64,000 nt of DNA, taken from the NCBI GenBank assembly GCA_964596525.1, contig CAZQUL010000001.1:1015723-1079722 (forward strand). Direction: 5' to 3'. Shown here piece after piece: positions 1-8,749 of this stretch. Position 1 is the first letter of the stretch. The number at the start of each line of letters is the position of its first letter. Source of the stretch: an uncultured Gammaproteobacteria bacterium. Lineage in GTDB: Bacteria; Patescibacteriota; Patescibacteriia; Magasanikbacterales; GWA2-37-8. Made by a program: the position numbers and the translations under genes. The notes beneath the pieces were generated by a model. That model made no database searches, was not told the DNA's origin, and saw nothing but the letters and a program-made list of their open reading frames with translations.

Positions 1-1
1 A

Positions 2-1078
2 GACGTGGCCGGTAAAGTATGGTTTGCAGATCTGCCAAAAATGCCGCACTTGCTTATCGCCGGTTCGACCGGTTCGGGTAAAACCGTGGGTATCAACACG
101 CTTATCCTCAGCTTGCTCTACCAAAATACACCCGATACGCTCCGTCTCATCATGGTCGATCCTAAACGTGTTGAACTTACCCTTTACAACGGCATTCCGC
201 ATCTCCTAACACCGCCGATTACTGATCCAAATAAAACTGTCAACGCGCTCAAATGGACCATTAGCGAGATGGAGCGACGTTTCGACGTCTTGGCCGCCGC
301 CGGGCGACGCGATATTGGCAGTTTCAACAAGCATGCTTCCGATCCGCTGCCCTATATTGTGTTCGTCATTGATGAGCTGGCTGATCTTATGGCTCTGGCC
401 GGTAAAGAAATCGAAGCCGGTATCATCCGTTTGGCGCAGATGTCGCGCGCGGTTGGTATCCATCTCGTCGTCGCTACGCAGCGCCCGAGTGTTGAGGTTA
501 TTACCGGTCTTATGAAAGCGAATATCCCGGCGCGCATGGCGTTCTCGGTGGCGTCGCTTATCGATTCGCGTACCATCCTTGACATGCCGGGTGCCGAAAA
601 ACTCCTCGGTCGCGGTGATATGTTGCTTCTTACGGCCGATTTAGCCCAACCAAAACGCATCCAAGGTGCTTTCGTTTCCGAAGAAGAGATGAAACGCGTC
701 GTAGATTTCCTCAAGGGTGACGAGCCGCCAGTATACGATGAATCCATTGTTTCTAAAAATAACGCCTCAGGCATGGGGAGCGCGGTTGCCACCCTCAATG
801 GCGACGACGGTGGGCGCGATATGATGTTTGAAGAAGCCAAAGCGCTCGTTCTTGAAACCGGCAAAGCTAGCGCATCGCTTATGCAGCGTCGCCTTAAAGT
901 GGGCTATGCGCGCGCGGCCCGGCTTCTTGATGAGCTTGAAGAAGCTGGCATTGTCGGCCCGGCCGATGGTGCCAAACCCCGCGAAGTGTTTGCCGAGCAT
1001 CTGGGCGGGGGTAGCGGCCGTTCGATGCGTGATGATTCTGATGACGACCAACAAAATGGGGGAGTGGTGCTCGGTTAA
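2..1078 (+). CDS. ftsK: DNA translocase FtsK/SpoIIIE, C-terminal part (5'-truncated by window edge)
   Basis: Walker A GSTGSGKT, Walker B VIDELADL, RecA-like motor motifs, C-terminal winged-helix gamma domain (LMQRRLKVGYARAARLLDELEEAGIVGP); the frame continues upstream of the first in-window start. Confidence 0.85.
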   Translation, partial: DVAGKVWFADLPKMPHLLIAGSTGSGKTVGINTLILSLLYQNTPDTLRLIMVDPKRVELTLYNGIPHLLTPPITDPNKTVNALKWTISEMERRFDVLAAAGRRDIGSFNKHASDPLPYIVFVIDELADLMALAGKEIEAGIIRLAQMSRAVGIHLVVATQRPSVEVITGLMKANIPARMAFSVASLIDSRTILDMPGAEKLLGRGDMLLLTADLAQPKRIQGAFVSEEEMKRVVDFLKGDEPPVYDESIVSKNNASGMGSAVATLNGDDGGRDMMFEEAKALVLETGKASASLMQRRLKVGYARAARLLDELEEAGIVGPADGAKPREVFAEHLGGGSGRSMRDDSDDDQQNGGVVLG

Positions 1079-1172
1079 AACCAGCCTAAATTAAAAGACA
1101 CCCGCCAACGATCACTCGCCGGCGGGTGCTTTGTTGCACCTCCTTGGAGTGGGTTGCGGGTGTTGCGGCTAC

Positions 1173-2324
1173 CTACCGGTTGAAGCGGCTGTCGTCTTCG
1201 TCGCCCCAGTCAGCCCTGTTCTGGGTGTCGGGGTCATTCTTGGGGCGGTGGTTGCGCTGACCCTTCTCCTCGAACTGCTTGGGCGCGCGCGGCGGACGGC
1301 GGCTGTTGTCGGTCGGGCCCTGATCGCGCCGGTTGTCCCGGTCATCGCGGCGCCGCTCCCGGTTGTCGGGCTGCGGCTCGCGCTCGGGGCGATCCCGGCG
1401 GAAGTCGCGCCGATCGTCACGTGGCTGGCTCTGGTGCGAGGGTGGCTCGCGGCGCGGCTCGGGTGCGCTGACGTTGAGCTCCGGCGGATTGTCGAGGTAG
1501 TCCTGGAGACTCTTGAGAAGCTCGGCGAGCCCTTGGTAGAAGTCCTTCTGAGCTGCTTCGGCTTGGTATACCGCCTCCTCTCGGTAGCCGTCGATTTGCT
1601 TTCTGAACTGCTCCCGGCTGATGAAGCAGGTGTGGTCAACGAGCCGTTGGGTGAGAATCACCTCACCGGCGGCCATAACCGCGTTCAGGTTGTAGAACAC
1701 GATTTCGTATAGCGTTACGCCCGGCATCCCGCTCTCCGTGTTGCCTGCGAGCTCCCGCTTCCTTCCCTTGATGAGGGTGAGCTGGGTCTTGCCGTTCTCG
1801 TCGAGCGGTACGGTGTAGCGCTTGATACGTCCGTCCCACTGTCCGGGCTTGATCAGGTACTGCTGTTCGATCCGGCGGAAGTTGGGCAGGCAGAAGATCT
1901 GGGCCATGACCTCGCCCTCTTCGGTGCGGAAGGCCTGCGAGAGGCTCGACACCACCACGGGGAACTGCCCGTTGTGGGTGATATCGTTCGGGATCTTGAA
2001 GGTTGCGACGAAGTTGCCGTCACCGGAACCGCTCTGGAGCGGGTCCTTGAACTGGAACTCCTGGTAGTCGCGCGTGGCAAAGGCCAGGCCTCCTCCTACG
2101 CCCCTGATCTTCTTCTCGGTCTCGCGGTCTTCGAGGCCTGCGATCGCGTGGATCACGGCCTGCTGCAACAGGGGCTTGGGCGCCTTCTTCTGCTCCGTGC
2201 TCTGCGACTGATTCTTCTCGTTCGTCATGGCGATCTCCTTGTATCTCTCGGTGTCCGTGGGGTAGAGCGGCTGCGCTGAAACGTTCAGTGCGGCCAGGTG
2301 AAATCGTCCGTCGGATTGTCCCAA
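1173..2324 (-). CDS. hypothetical protein with Arg/Asp/Glu-rich low-complexity C-terminal tail (true start possibly the internal Met at MTNEKNQ)
   Basis: 383-aa ORF in a sharply GC-rich (about 65%) segment flanked by approximately 52% GC genes; C-terminal approximately 90 aa are RD/RE repeats (RDDRRDFRRDRPEREPQPDNRERRRDDRDNRRDQ); the opposite-strand ORFs here are GC-rich shadows. Confidence 0.5.
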   Translation of the reverse strand: MGQSDGRFHLAALNVSAQPLYPTDTERYKEIAMTNEKNQSQSTEQKKAPKPLLQQAVIHAIAGLEDRETEKKIRGVGGGLAFATRDYQEFQFKDPLQSGSGDGNFVATFKIPNDITHNGQFPVVVSSLSQAFRTEEGEVMAQIFCLPNFRRIEQQYLIKPGQWDGRIKRYTVPLDENGKTQLTLIKGRKRELAGNTESGMPGVTLYEIVFYNLNAVMAAGEVILTQRLVDHTCFISREQFRKQIDGYREEAVYQAEAAQKDFYQGLAELLKSLQDYLDNPPELNVSAPEPRREPPSHQSQPRDDRRDFRRDRPEREPQPDNRERRRDDRDNRRDQGPTDNSRRPPRAPKQFEEKGQRNHRPKNDPDTQNRADWGDEDDSRFNR

Positions 2325-2491
2325 CGGTCCATTTCACGCGGCCACACGTTGTCAAAAGAGCGTCGCAATTCCGTCAGGAGCCTTTCTCCGTCTCCTAACA
2401 GAATAACCACGTAGTATACCTATTTTTGATCACTCTGTCAAGACACGGTTCATTACTGTAAAATAACCATTTTTAAGCCAAAAAATCCCTT

Positions 2492-2514
2492 TTGCATAGT
2501 TTATGTGGTATACT
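2492..2514 (+). promoter_or_regulatory. candidate sigma-70 promoter with extended -10 (TTGCAT ... TGgTATACT) upstream of the ECF sigma gene
   Basis: TGnTATACT extended -10 at 2506-2514 in an AT-rich intergenic region about 50 nt upstream of the 2564 start; the spacer to TTGCAT is short (11 nt), so the -35 is doubtful. Confidence 0.25.
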
Positions 2515-2563
2515 ATTTTAATTATCCTGGAGTAATATCTCCCTTTTTGTTTCGTTTTTAGGT

Positions 2564-3136
2564 ATGAACGACCGTACCGCGTTTGCCGACGAACACGCCC
2601 TGGTAGAACGGGCCAAAAACGATGAACAGGCTTTTCGCGAGCTCTATGAACGGTACTTCAATGAAGTATACGGTTTTATAGCTAAGCGCGTGGGCGGCCG
2701 TGAAACCGCGGAAGACCTTACTTCGGAGCTGTTCATCAAAATTTTTACTAAACTGTCGAGTTACGAACCGCGGGATTGTTCATTTCGGGCGTGGCTCTAT
2801 CGCGTGGCGCATAACATTCTCATCGATCATTACCGCAAAGCCAGCGTACGCCGCGAAACCACGGTTGAAGAATTCCCTGAAATCCGCGATGAAAACCAGG
2901 ATGTAAACGAAGAAATCATGCGCCGTCACGATGCGGCAACGGTTCGTTCTGTTCTCGATCAACTCCCCGAACGCTACGGCCAGGTGCTGGAACTCAAGTT
3001 TTTTGCCGAGATGGACCATGCTGAAATTGCAGGTGTAATGAATGTAACAGTAAATAACGTGGGAGTGATGGTATTCAGGGCACTGCGCGCCTTTGCCCGT
3101 TACTATGAACGCTATGTTTCTCAAGAAAAAAAGTAA
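2564..3136 (+). CDS. RNA polymerase sigma factor, ECF (sigma-24/sigma-70 group 4) family
   Basis: Region 2 (FRELYERYFNEVYGFIAKR ... WLYRVAHNILIDHYRK) and region 4 HTH (ERYGQVLELKFFAEMDHAEIAGVMNVTVNNVGVMVFRALRAF); 190 aa, typical ECF size. Confidence 0.85.
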   Translation: MNDRTAFADEHALVERAKNDEQAFRELYERYFNEVYGFIAKRVGGRETAEDLTSELFIKIFTKLSSYEPRDCSFRAWLYRVAHNILIDHYRKASVRRETTVEEFPEIRDENQDVNEEIMRRHDAATVRSVLDQLPERYGQVLELKFFAEMDHAEIAGVMNVTVNNVGVMVFRALRAFARYYERYVSQEKK

Positions 3137-6100
3137 ACAACTCGAAGATGCCATTCTCGGCCGTGGAGCGTGTAATGATCCGAAGATTGATGCGTTAGCT
3201 GAGGTAGGAGCGCGTATTAAACGCGCCGCTAACTCCGCTTCGTCCGAACCGCGGGCCGAATTCCAGAACGAACTTTTCGTTCGGATTTCTGCTCTGCGCC
3301 GCGAGGCCCCCGCATCTATGTCCAAGGCTTCCTTCCTCTCTCGCTTTTCAAGCGTCATCCTTTCGTGGCGTTTTGCTCCGGCGATCGCCGCTCTTCTTAT
3401 TGTTGCTATCGTTGCTTCTACCTTCACTTGGTGGCGCGGCGGTAATTCTAGTAACGGACTTTTCATCTCCGCGGCGTACGCGCAGGATAATTTTTCGGTC
3501 ACCTCGACGAACGGTGATAGTTTGGGTGTACCCACGTCTACCGCATTCGTCATCAGGAGTAAGCAAGCGCTCAGTCGCGCGGCCGTAGAACGCGCTGTAC
3601 AGCTCGTTCCAGCCACGCCTTTCGCGGTAGAAAAAATATCCGATCACGAGTTTAAAATCATTCCCGAAAAAGATTTGGCCGACCGGGCACTCTACCGCGT
3701 GCTCATCAATAGCCAGTACGTCAACGAGGCCGGTATCAGCGTGCAGCGTCCGTTCTCCTTTGCTTTCCAGACTAAACAATCGTTTTTCGTAAAAGGAACA
3801 CTTCCCGGCGATCGCTCGGTAAATGTGCCTGAAACTACCGGCATCGAGTTTACTTTTTCGCACGCCGGCGTGAAAAATCCCGAGCAGTTCATTACGTTTT
3901 CGCCGGAGATCAAAGGTACTTTTTCTGTCTGGGGATCAAAAGTGACCTTTGTGCCCACGTCGACTCTTAAGAAAAACACCTTGTATACCGTTACTATCAG
4001 CAAAAATTTGCCGGTCGAAGGAACGGTTGAGCGGTTATCGCAGGATTATACGTTCCAGTTTGAAACCGCGCTCGATGACCGGAGTGTCAACGCTCAGCGT
4101 TCGGTGCCGTACTTTGAGCGTACATTTGCCGAATTATCCGAAACCGGCGAGCAGGGAGTACAGGTATATCATTATTTTGAACAGATTCCCGGGGCCCCGT
4201 CTTCGGTTAAGCCGGCCTTGCCGCTCACGGTGTACCGCTTCGGCGATGTTAGCCAGTTCATTACCGCGCTTAAAAATTACGAAGAATCAAAACCGTGGTC
4301 ATATGTCGCGGCCAATGCATTCACGGTTCCTACCTCCACCCTTACGAACGTGTACTCCTTTGAAGGAACGCTTATTACCCGCCAGAATAATGATGTCATT
4401 TTGTTCCCCAAAAAATTGACCGCCGGTTTTTATCTGGTACAGGGCGAAAAAGCCGGTGTTAATCGGACGCTCTTTCTTGCGGTAACGCCGCTTGCCGCGC
4501 ATACCATCACGACTGCCAATCGCTCGCTCGTGTGGCTTAACAGCCTCGTTACGGCTAAACCGGTTACTGGAGCACGGATCCGTTTGGGTGCTACCGAGCT
4601 TGGTTCAACCAACGCTCAGGGTGTAGCTGAGTTTACACTTCCAACGTCTACTGTTGAAACCAACTCTTCTACGTTCCCGTATGCGGTAGTGGAAGCCGGT
4701 GGGCAGCAAACCGTGGTAAAACTTACCTCTGTCGACATGGCAGAGAGCACTCCCAATGCCACCTGGTGGAAATATCTTTACACTGACCGCGCGCTCTATC
4801 AACGTACTGATACGATGCGCACGTGGGGTTTTGTCCGGCCGCGCGCGAGCGCTTCAACCGCAGCGCCTTCGTCTATCGTCTTGAAAATCAACGGCGGCGT
4901 GGATTTTTATGGTAATTCGTATGCCGCGGTCGAGCAAACTGTTTCCGTGAATGCGCAAGGCTTCTTTTCTGCCGACCTGCCGCTTAAGGATATGCCGGTT
5001 GGTTTCTACTGGCTCGAAGGAGCGATTAACGATCAGGTCGTAATGTCGCGCAGTTTCCAGATACAACGCTACGTTAAGCCTGCCTATTCGCTTACCGTTA
5101 CTACCGACAAGCAAGCTCTTTTCGTTGATGAAACCCTCAAAGTCAATATTAAAGGCACGTTCTTTGATGGCACTCCGGCCGCTAACATTCCGCTCACATA
5201 TTCGTTCTTTGGGAATGTTGGTGATGTAAAACTTTCTCCGGCGGGCGAAGCTCACCTTGAACTCACCATGCCATACCAGAAGTTCGTTAATGGTGTTGAA
5301 AGAGGGTACTTTCCGTCGACGTATGCGCTTGAAATTGCATCCAAGGCCCCCGAAGAGAGCGATGTCTCGTTCTCTACCGATATTCGCGTTTTCGCGCAGC
5401 GTATTAACGTAAATACGTCCATTGAAGCTGCTAGCAGCAGCACAGCTCTTCTTAACGCGGAAGCATACAGAACTGATCTAACCGCGATCAACAATCGTAC
5501 CGAGCCGTTCTACGGTTCGTATAAAGGTCAGCCGGCGGGTAATTTCAGCGCCGAAGCTGTGATTACCGAAATTACGTATGTTCAGGTTCCGCGTCTCGAG
5601 TATGACCCTATCCTTAAACAGAACGTAACCCGTTACACGAGCCGCCAGGACACCAAGGAAGTGGCGCGCTTGCCGTTGCGCTTTAATGCCCAAGGCAAAG
5701 CCGAAGCTCGTTTTCCGGTAGTGCCGGGCAAAACGTATACGTCGCTTATTAAAGTTACTGACGAAAAGGGTTTTTCGGTGGAATCGAACGGATACTTTTA
5801 CGCATCGCGGCCGGGTTTAGATGATACTTCCTTTGAGGATCGTTATATTGGCCTGCAGTTTGCACCGGACCATAACGACACCACCTACCGTCGCGGCGAA
5901 ACCGTAAACGTATATGCACAGAATAAGGCCATGGCCGCCGCGTCCAACCGAGCGTACCTCTATTACCGATTGCAGAACGGTTTGCGTGATTACACCATCT
6001 CGAATACCTCCACCTACAACTTCGTGTTTTCGAATGAGCACGTACCGAATGTCTATATTAATGCGGTCGGGTTTGATGGACGTGAGTACTATCAGAGTTA

Positions 6101-8747
6101 CCATGAAATAAATGCGCAGCTCGATACGGCTGAAGAAGAATTAACGTTGACCGCTCGTACGCCGAGTACTACGTACGGCCCGGGCGACACTGTTCAGGTT
6201 GAAGTGGAAGTAAAAAACAAGAACGGCCAACCGGTTGCTTCTGGTATTAACCTCAACATTGTTGACGAAGCTTTTTATAAGCTAAGTGATGAGATTGCAG
6301 ATCCGCTTTCGGCGTTATACGTAAGCATCCCGTCCGGTTTGTATACCGTGGAATCGTCGCATCCGTACGCGGATTTGGCTAATATGAAAGCAGGTGGTGC
6401 CGAAGGCGGCGGGTGTTTCGTCGCGGGCACGCTCATCTTGATGGCTGATGGCACGCAAAAACCGATCGAGGAGATTAAAGTCGGTGATAAAATCAAGACG
6501 TTTGCCGGGCCGCTTGACCGTCGTTTGGTGACCGCTGAAGTGGAAAAAACATTCAGCCATACGGTTACGAAGTATCTTGTCATCAATGACCGTCTGTACG
6601 TAACGCCGGAACACCGCATGCTCGTCAACGGCGGTTGGCAGATGATCGGTGAAGCCGAAGTAGGGGATACGTTGGTTGATGCCTCGGGTAGTGCCATCGT
6701 TATCACCTCGATTGACCGCAAACAAGCCCTGACGCCGGTGTTTAACTTTACGGTGCGCGACTACCATACCTATATCGCCAATGGCGTGTATGTCCACAAC
6801 GACAAAGGCGCGCTGCGCAGTAACTTTACCGATACGGCCTTGTTCGTTTCGGGTGAAACTGATGCGAGCGGTAAAGCTGTGTTGTCCTTCAAACTCCCAG
6901 ACAACCTTACGGCCTGGCGCATTACCGCACAAGCGATTGATGGCGATGTGCGCGCTGGCGTAACGACTACTCCGGTGTATGTCACGCAATCGTTCTTCGT
7001 CTTGCCGAGCGTTGCGCGCGAGTACGTTCTCCTCGACCGTCCGTTCGTGAGCGTGCGCGGCTTCGGTGATGGATTGGGTGCGGCTTCTACGGTTGCGCTG
7101 AGCGTCGAACACACCGCTTCTTCTTACACTGCGACGGGAACCGTACCTGCTTTTACGCCGTTCTACGCGGCGCTGCCGGACATGAGTGTGGGTACCCATA
7201 AACTTATTTTCCGCGGTACGAGTACGCCCTTTGCCGATGCTGTTGAGCGTTTCGTATCAGTTGTCCCTTCGCGTGTACAAGAACGTGTTGTAGAAGAAAT
7301 CAACCCAACTAACGGGCAGCCGCTTAGATTTGAAACTGACGGCCCGGTAGAGATCGCTATTGTCAGCAAAGAACGTAGTCAGTACTACTACCGCCTCCTT
7401 AACCTTACCAACCCACATTCCGATCGTCTGGATGACCGTTTGGCAGCCGCGGTAGCCGCCGATCTTCAGAAACGACATTTTGGAACTGCAGCTGATTGGC
7501 AGGCGCCGGTCGACTGGTCGCTCTACGAGCAGTCCGGTCTTGCGCTCTTGCCCTACGATTCGGTTAATACCCGTTTGTCAGCTCTTGCAACACCGTTTGC
7601 AGAAGGTCGTTTCGGGATTACGAACCTTAAGGGGTATTTCTACAACCTCGTTAAAGATCCAGCTACGACCCGGGATGATTACTACGCTGCGCTTGCCGGT
7701 TTGGCGACGTTCAACGAGCCGGTTCTACTCCTCTTCCGCGAAGCTTTGACGACCGACGATTTCCTCACGCCGCGCATTAAGCTGCACCGCGCATGGGCAG
7801 CCGCTGCCCTGGGCGAAACTGAAGTGGCGCGCACTCTGGCTAGAGAATTTGTCGCTGATCACGTGACAAAGAGCGCTCTTGGTTTTGAACCGTCATATGA
7901 GACAACTGAAGAAGAGAAAGCTGAGGATATGGCCTTACTTGCCGTCGTTGCTATGGACCTGAAGCTGCCGGAAAGCGAAGACTTTATGGCGGCTGCGGAG
8001 CGTTTCGCCACCGATACGCGCATCAGTTTGGAACAGGCCCGTTATTTGGCGAGCGCGGTGGTGCAATCGAGTGCTAATGATGTGCATGTCAATCTTTCCG
8101 TCAACGGCCAGCCACGCTCGTTTGTCATCGGCAAAAATGACGGCGGTCCGGTACTTCTCACGTTGACGCGCGCCCAGGCTGAGTCCATAACGATGGGCAC
8201 AACAACCGGTGCCTTTGCCATGACCGCTTCGTATTCCCGTCCGACGTCGGCGCTCGCGAGCGTTTCCTCGCCACTGCTTAGTCTTAAGCGTGAGTATCGC
8301 GTCAATGGCGTTGTTACTACGTCGTGGAACGTAGGTGACTTAGTGGAGGTGCGATTATATCCTGAGGTCAAAACCGGCGTACCGACTACTTCGTACCAGA
8401 TAACAGATCTCTTGCCGAGCGGTCTCTATGCTGTTGGTCCGTTAGACCAGCCGATCATGTACAATGATTTCAGCGCCAAATCCATCTATAATCCGGGTGG
8501 CGATACATGTCCTAAGATCCTTCCGTATGAACGCGATGGGCAGCGTATTAAGTTCGTATACGGTCACTACGAGCCTTGGATAAAAGTTGTAGGTGAACCG
8601 GCGTGTCCGGATAAGAGAGTAATTTCCTACAGTGCCCGTGCGTTTGCTCCTGGTTCGTACGCCGCAGAACCGGCTCTCATGCAGGCGTTCGAATACTCCG
8701 ATCTCAAGACCTTCTCGGCGCCCGGTACGGTTACTATCGGGAAGTAA
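3093..8747 (+). CDS. giant single-pass membrane protein with anti-sigma-factor-like cytoplasmic N-terminus, extracellular alpha-2-macroglobulin-like (MG-domain, thioester-less TED-like) region and an embedded Hint/BIL domain
   Basis: Overlaps the ECF sigma gene by 44 nt. About 95-aa cytoplasmic N-terminus, then one TM helix (FAPAIAALLIVAIVASTFTWW), then about 1750 aa of beta-rich repeats. A2M-family landmarks: LTAWRITAQAIDGD, resembling the FPETWLW/TTW motif after the bait region, and an alpha-helical TED-like region with SLYEQSG at 7521-7538 where A2M proteins carry the CxEQ thioester. Hint domain at residues 1108-1236. Confidence 0.6.
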   Translation: MPVTMNAMFLKKKSKQLEDAILGRGACNDPKIDALAEVGARIKRAANSASSEPRAEFQNELFVRISALRREAPASMSKASFLSRFSSVILSWRFAPAIAALLIVAIVASTFTWWRGGNSSNGLFISAAYAQDNFSVTSTNGDSLGVPTSTAFVIRSKQALSRAAVERAVQLVPATPFAVEKISDHEFKIIPEKDLADRALYRVLINSQYVNEAGISVQRPFSFAFQTKQSFFVKGTLPGDRSVNVPETTGIEFTFSHAGVKNPEQFITFSPEIKGTFSVWGSKVTFVPTSTLKKNTLYTVTISKNLPVEGTVERLSQDYTFQFETALDDRSVNAQRSVPYFERTFAELSETGEQGVQVYHYFEQIPGAPSSVKPALPLTVYRFGDVSQFITALKNYEESKPWSYVAANAFTVPTSTLTNVYSFEGTLITRQNNDVILFPKKLTAGFYLVQGEKAGVNRTLFLAVTPLAAHTITTANRSLVWLNSLVTAKPVTGARIRLGATELGSTNAQGVAEFTLPTSTVETNSSTFPYAVVEAGGQQTVVKLTSVDMAESTPNATWWKYLYTDRALYQRTDTMRTWGFVRPRASASTAAPSSIVLKINGGVDFYGNSYAAVEQTVSVNAQGFFSADLPLKDMPVGFYWLEGAINDQVVMSRSFQIQRYVKPAYSLTVTTDKQALFVDETLKVNIKGTFFDGTPAANIPLTYSFFGNVGDVKLSPAGEAHLELTMPYQKFVNGVERGYFPSTYALEIASKAPEESDVSFSTDIRVFAQRINVNTSIEAASSSTALLNAEAYRTDLTAINNRTEPFYGSYKGQPAGNFSAEAVITEITYVQVPRLEYDPILKQNVTRYTSRQDTKEVARLPLRFNAQGKAEARFPVVPGKTYTSLIKVTDEKGFSVESNGYFYASRPGLDDTSFEDRYIGLQFAPDHNDTTYRRGETVNVYAQNKAMAAASNRAYLYYRLQNGLRDYTISNTSTYNFVFSNEHVPNVYINAVGFDGREYYQSYHEINAQLDTAEEELTLTARTPSTTYGPGDTVQVEVEVKNKNGQPVASGINLNIVDEAFYKLSDEIADPLSALYVSIPSGLYTVESSHPYADLANMKAGGAEGGGCFVAGTLILMADGTQKPIEEIKVGDKIKTFAGPLDRRLVTAEVEKTFSHTVTKYLVINDRLYVTPEHRMLVNGGWQMIGEAEVGDTLVDASGSAIVITSIDRKQALTPVFNFTVRDYHTYIANGVYVHNDKGALRSNFTDTALFVSGETDASGKAVLSFKLPDNLTAWRITAQAIDGDVRAGVTTTPVYVTQSFFVLPSVAREYVLLDRPFVSVRGFGDGLGAASTVALSVEHTASSYTATGTVPAFTPFYAALPDMSVGTHKLIFRGTSTPFADAVERFVSVVPSRVQERVVEEINPTNGQPLRFETDGPVEIAIVSKERSQYYYRLLNLTNPHSDRLDDRLAAAVAADLQKRHFGTAADWQAPVDWSLYEQSGLALLPYDSVNTRLSALATPFAEGRFGITNLKGYFYNLVKDPATTRDDYYAALAGLATFNEPVLLLFREALTTDDFLTPRIKLHRAWAAAALGETEVARTLAREFVADHVTKSALGFEPSYETTEEEKAEDMALLAVVAMDLKLPESEDFMAAAERFATDTRISLEQARYLASAVVQSSANDVHVNLSVNGQPRSFVIGKNDGGPVLLTLTRAQAESITMGTTTGAFAMTASYSRPTSALASVSSPLLSLKREYRVNGVVTTSWNVGDLVEVRLYPEVKTGVPTTSYQITDLLPSGLYAVGPLDQPIMYNDFSAKSIYNPGGDTCPKILPYERDGQRIKFVYGHYEPWIKVVGEPACPDKRVISYSARAFAPGSYAAEPALMQAFEYSDLKTFSAPGTVTIGK
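6414..6800 (+). other. Hint (Hedgehog/intein) domain, 129 aa, mini-intein/bacterial intein-like (BIL) type, in frame inside the giant protein
   Basis: N-terminal block GGG-CFVAGTLILMADGTQKPIEEIKVGDKI (Cys1, block A), TPEH (block B Thr/His), C-terminal block FNFTVRDYHTYIANGVYVHN ending in His-Asn; the residue after HN is Asp (no Cys/Ser/Thr +1 nucleophile); no homing endonuclease. Confidence 0.75.
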
Positions 8748-8749
8748 GT

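Noticed and set aside
352-1054. Minus-strand ORFs inside ftsK (352-864, 767-1054)
   Set aside because: Antisense to a strongly supported FtsK motor domain, with Ser/Arg/Ala-rich low-complexity translations.
1131-1712. 193-aa plus-strand ORF
   Set aside because: Shadow ORF of the GC-rich minus-strand gene 1173-2324, with a low-complexity Ala/Val/Gly/Leu product. The same applies to 1169-1639(-), 1853-2080(-), 1974-2279(+) and 2020-2355(-).
6798-6803. Canonical protein-splicing intein
   Set aside because: The +1 residue after the terminal His-Asn is Asp, not Cys/Ser/Thr. A cleavage-only BIL/Hint interpretation is favoured.
7521-7538. Functional thioester (CxEQ) in the A2M-like domain
   Set aside because: The corresponding motif reads SLYEQSG, with no cysteine. 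The protein is at most a thioester-less A2M-like scaffold.
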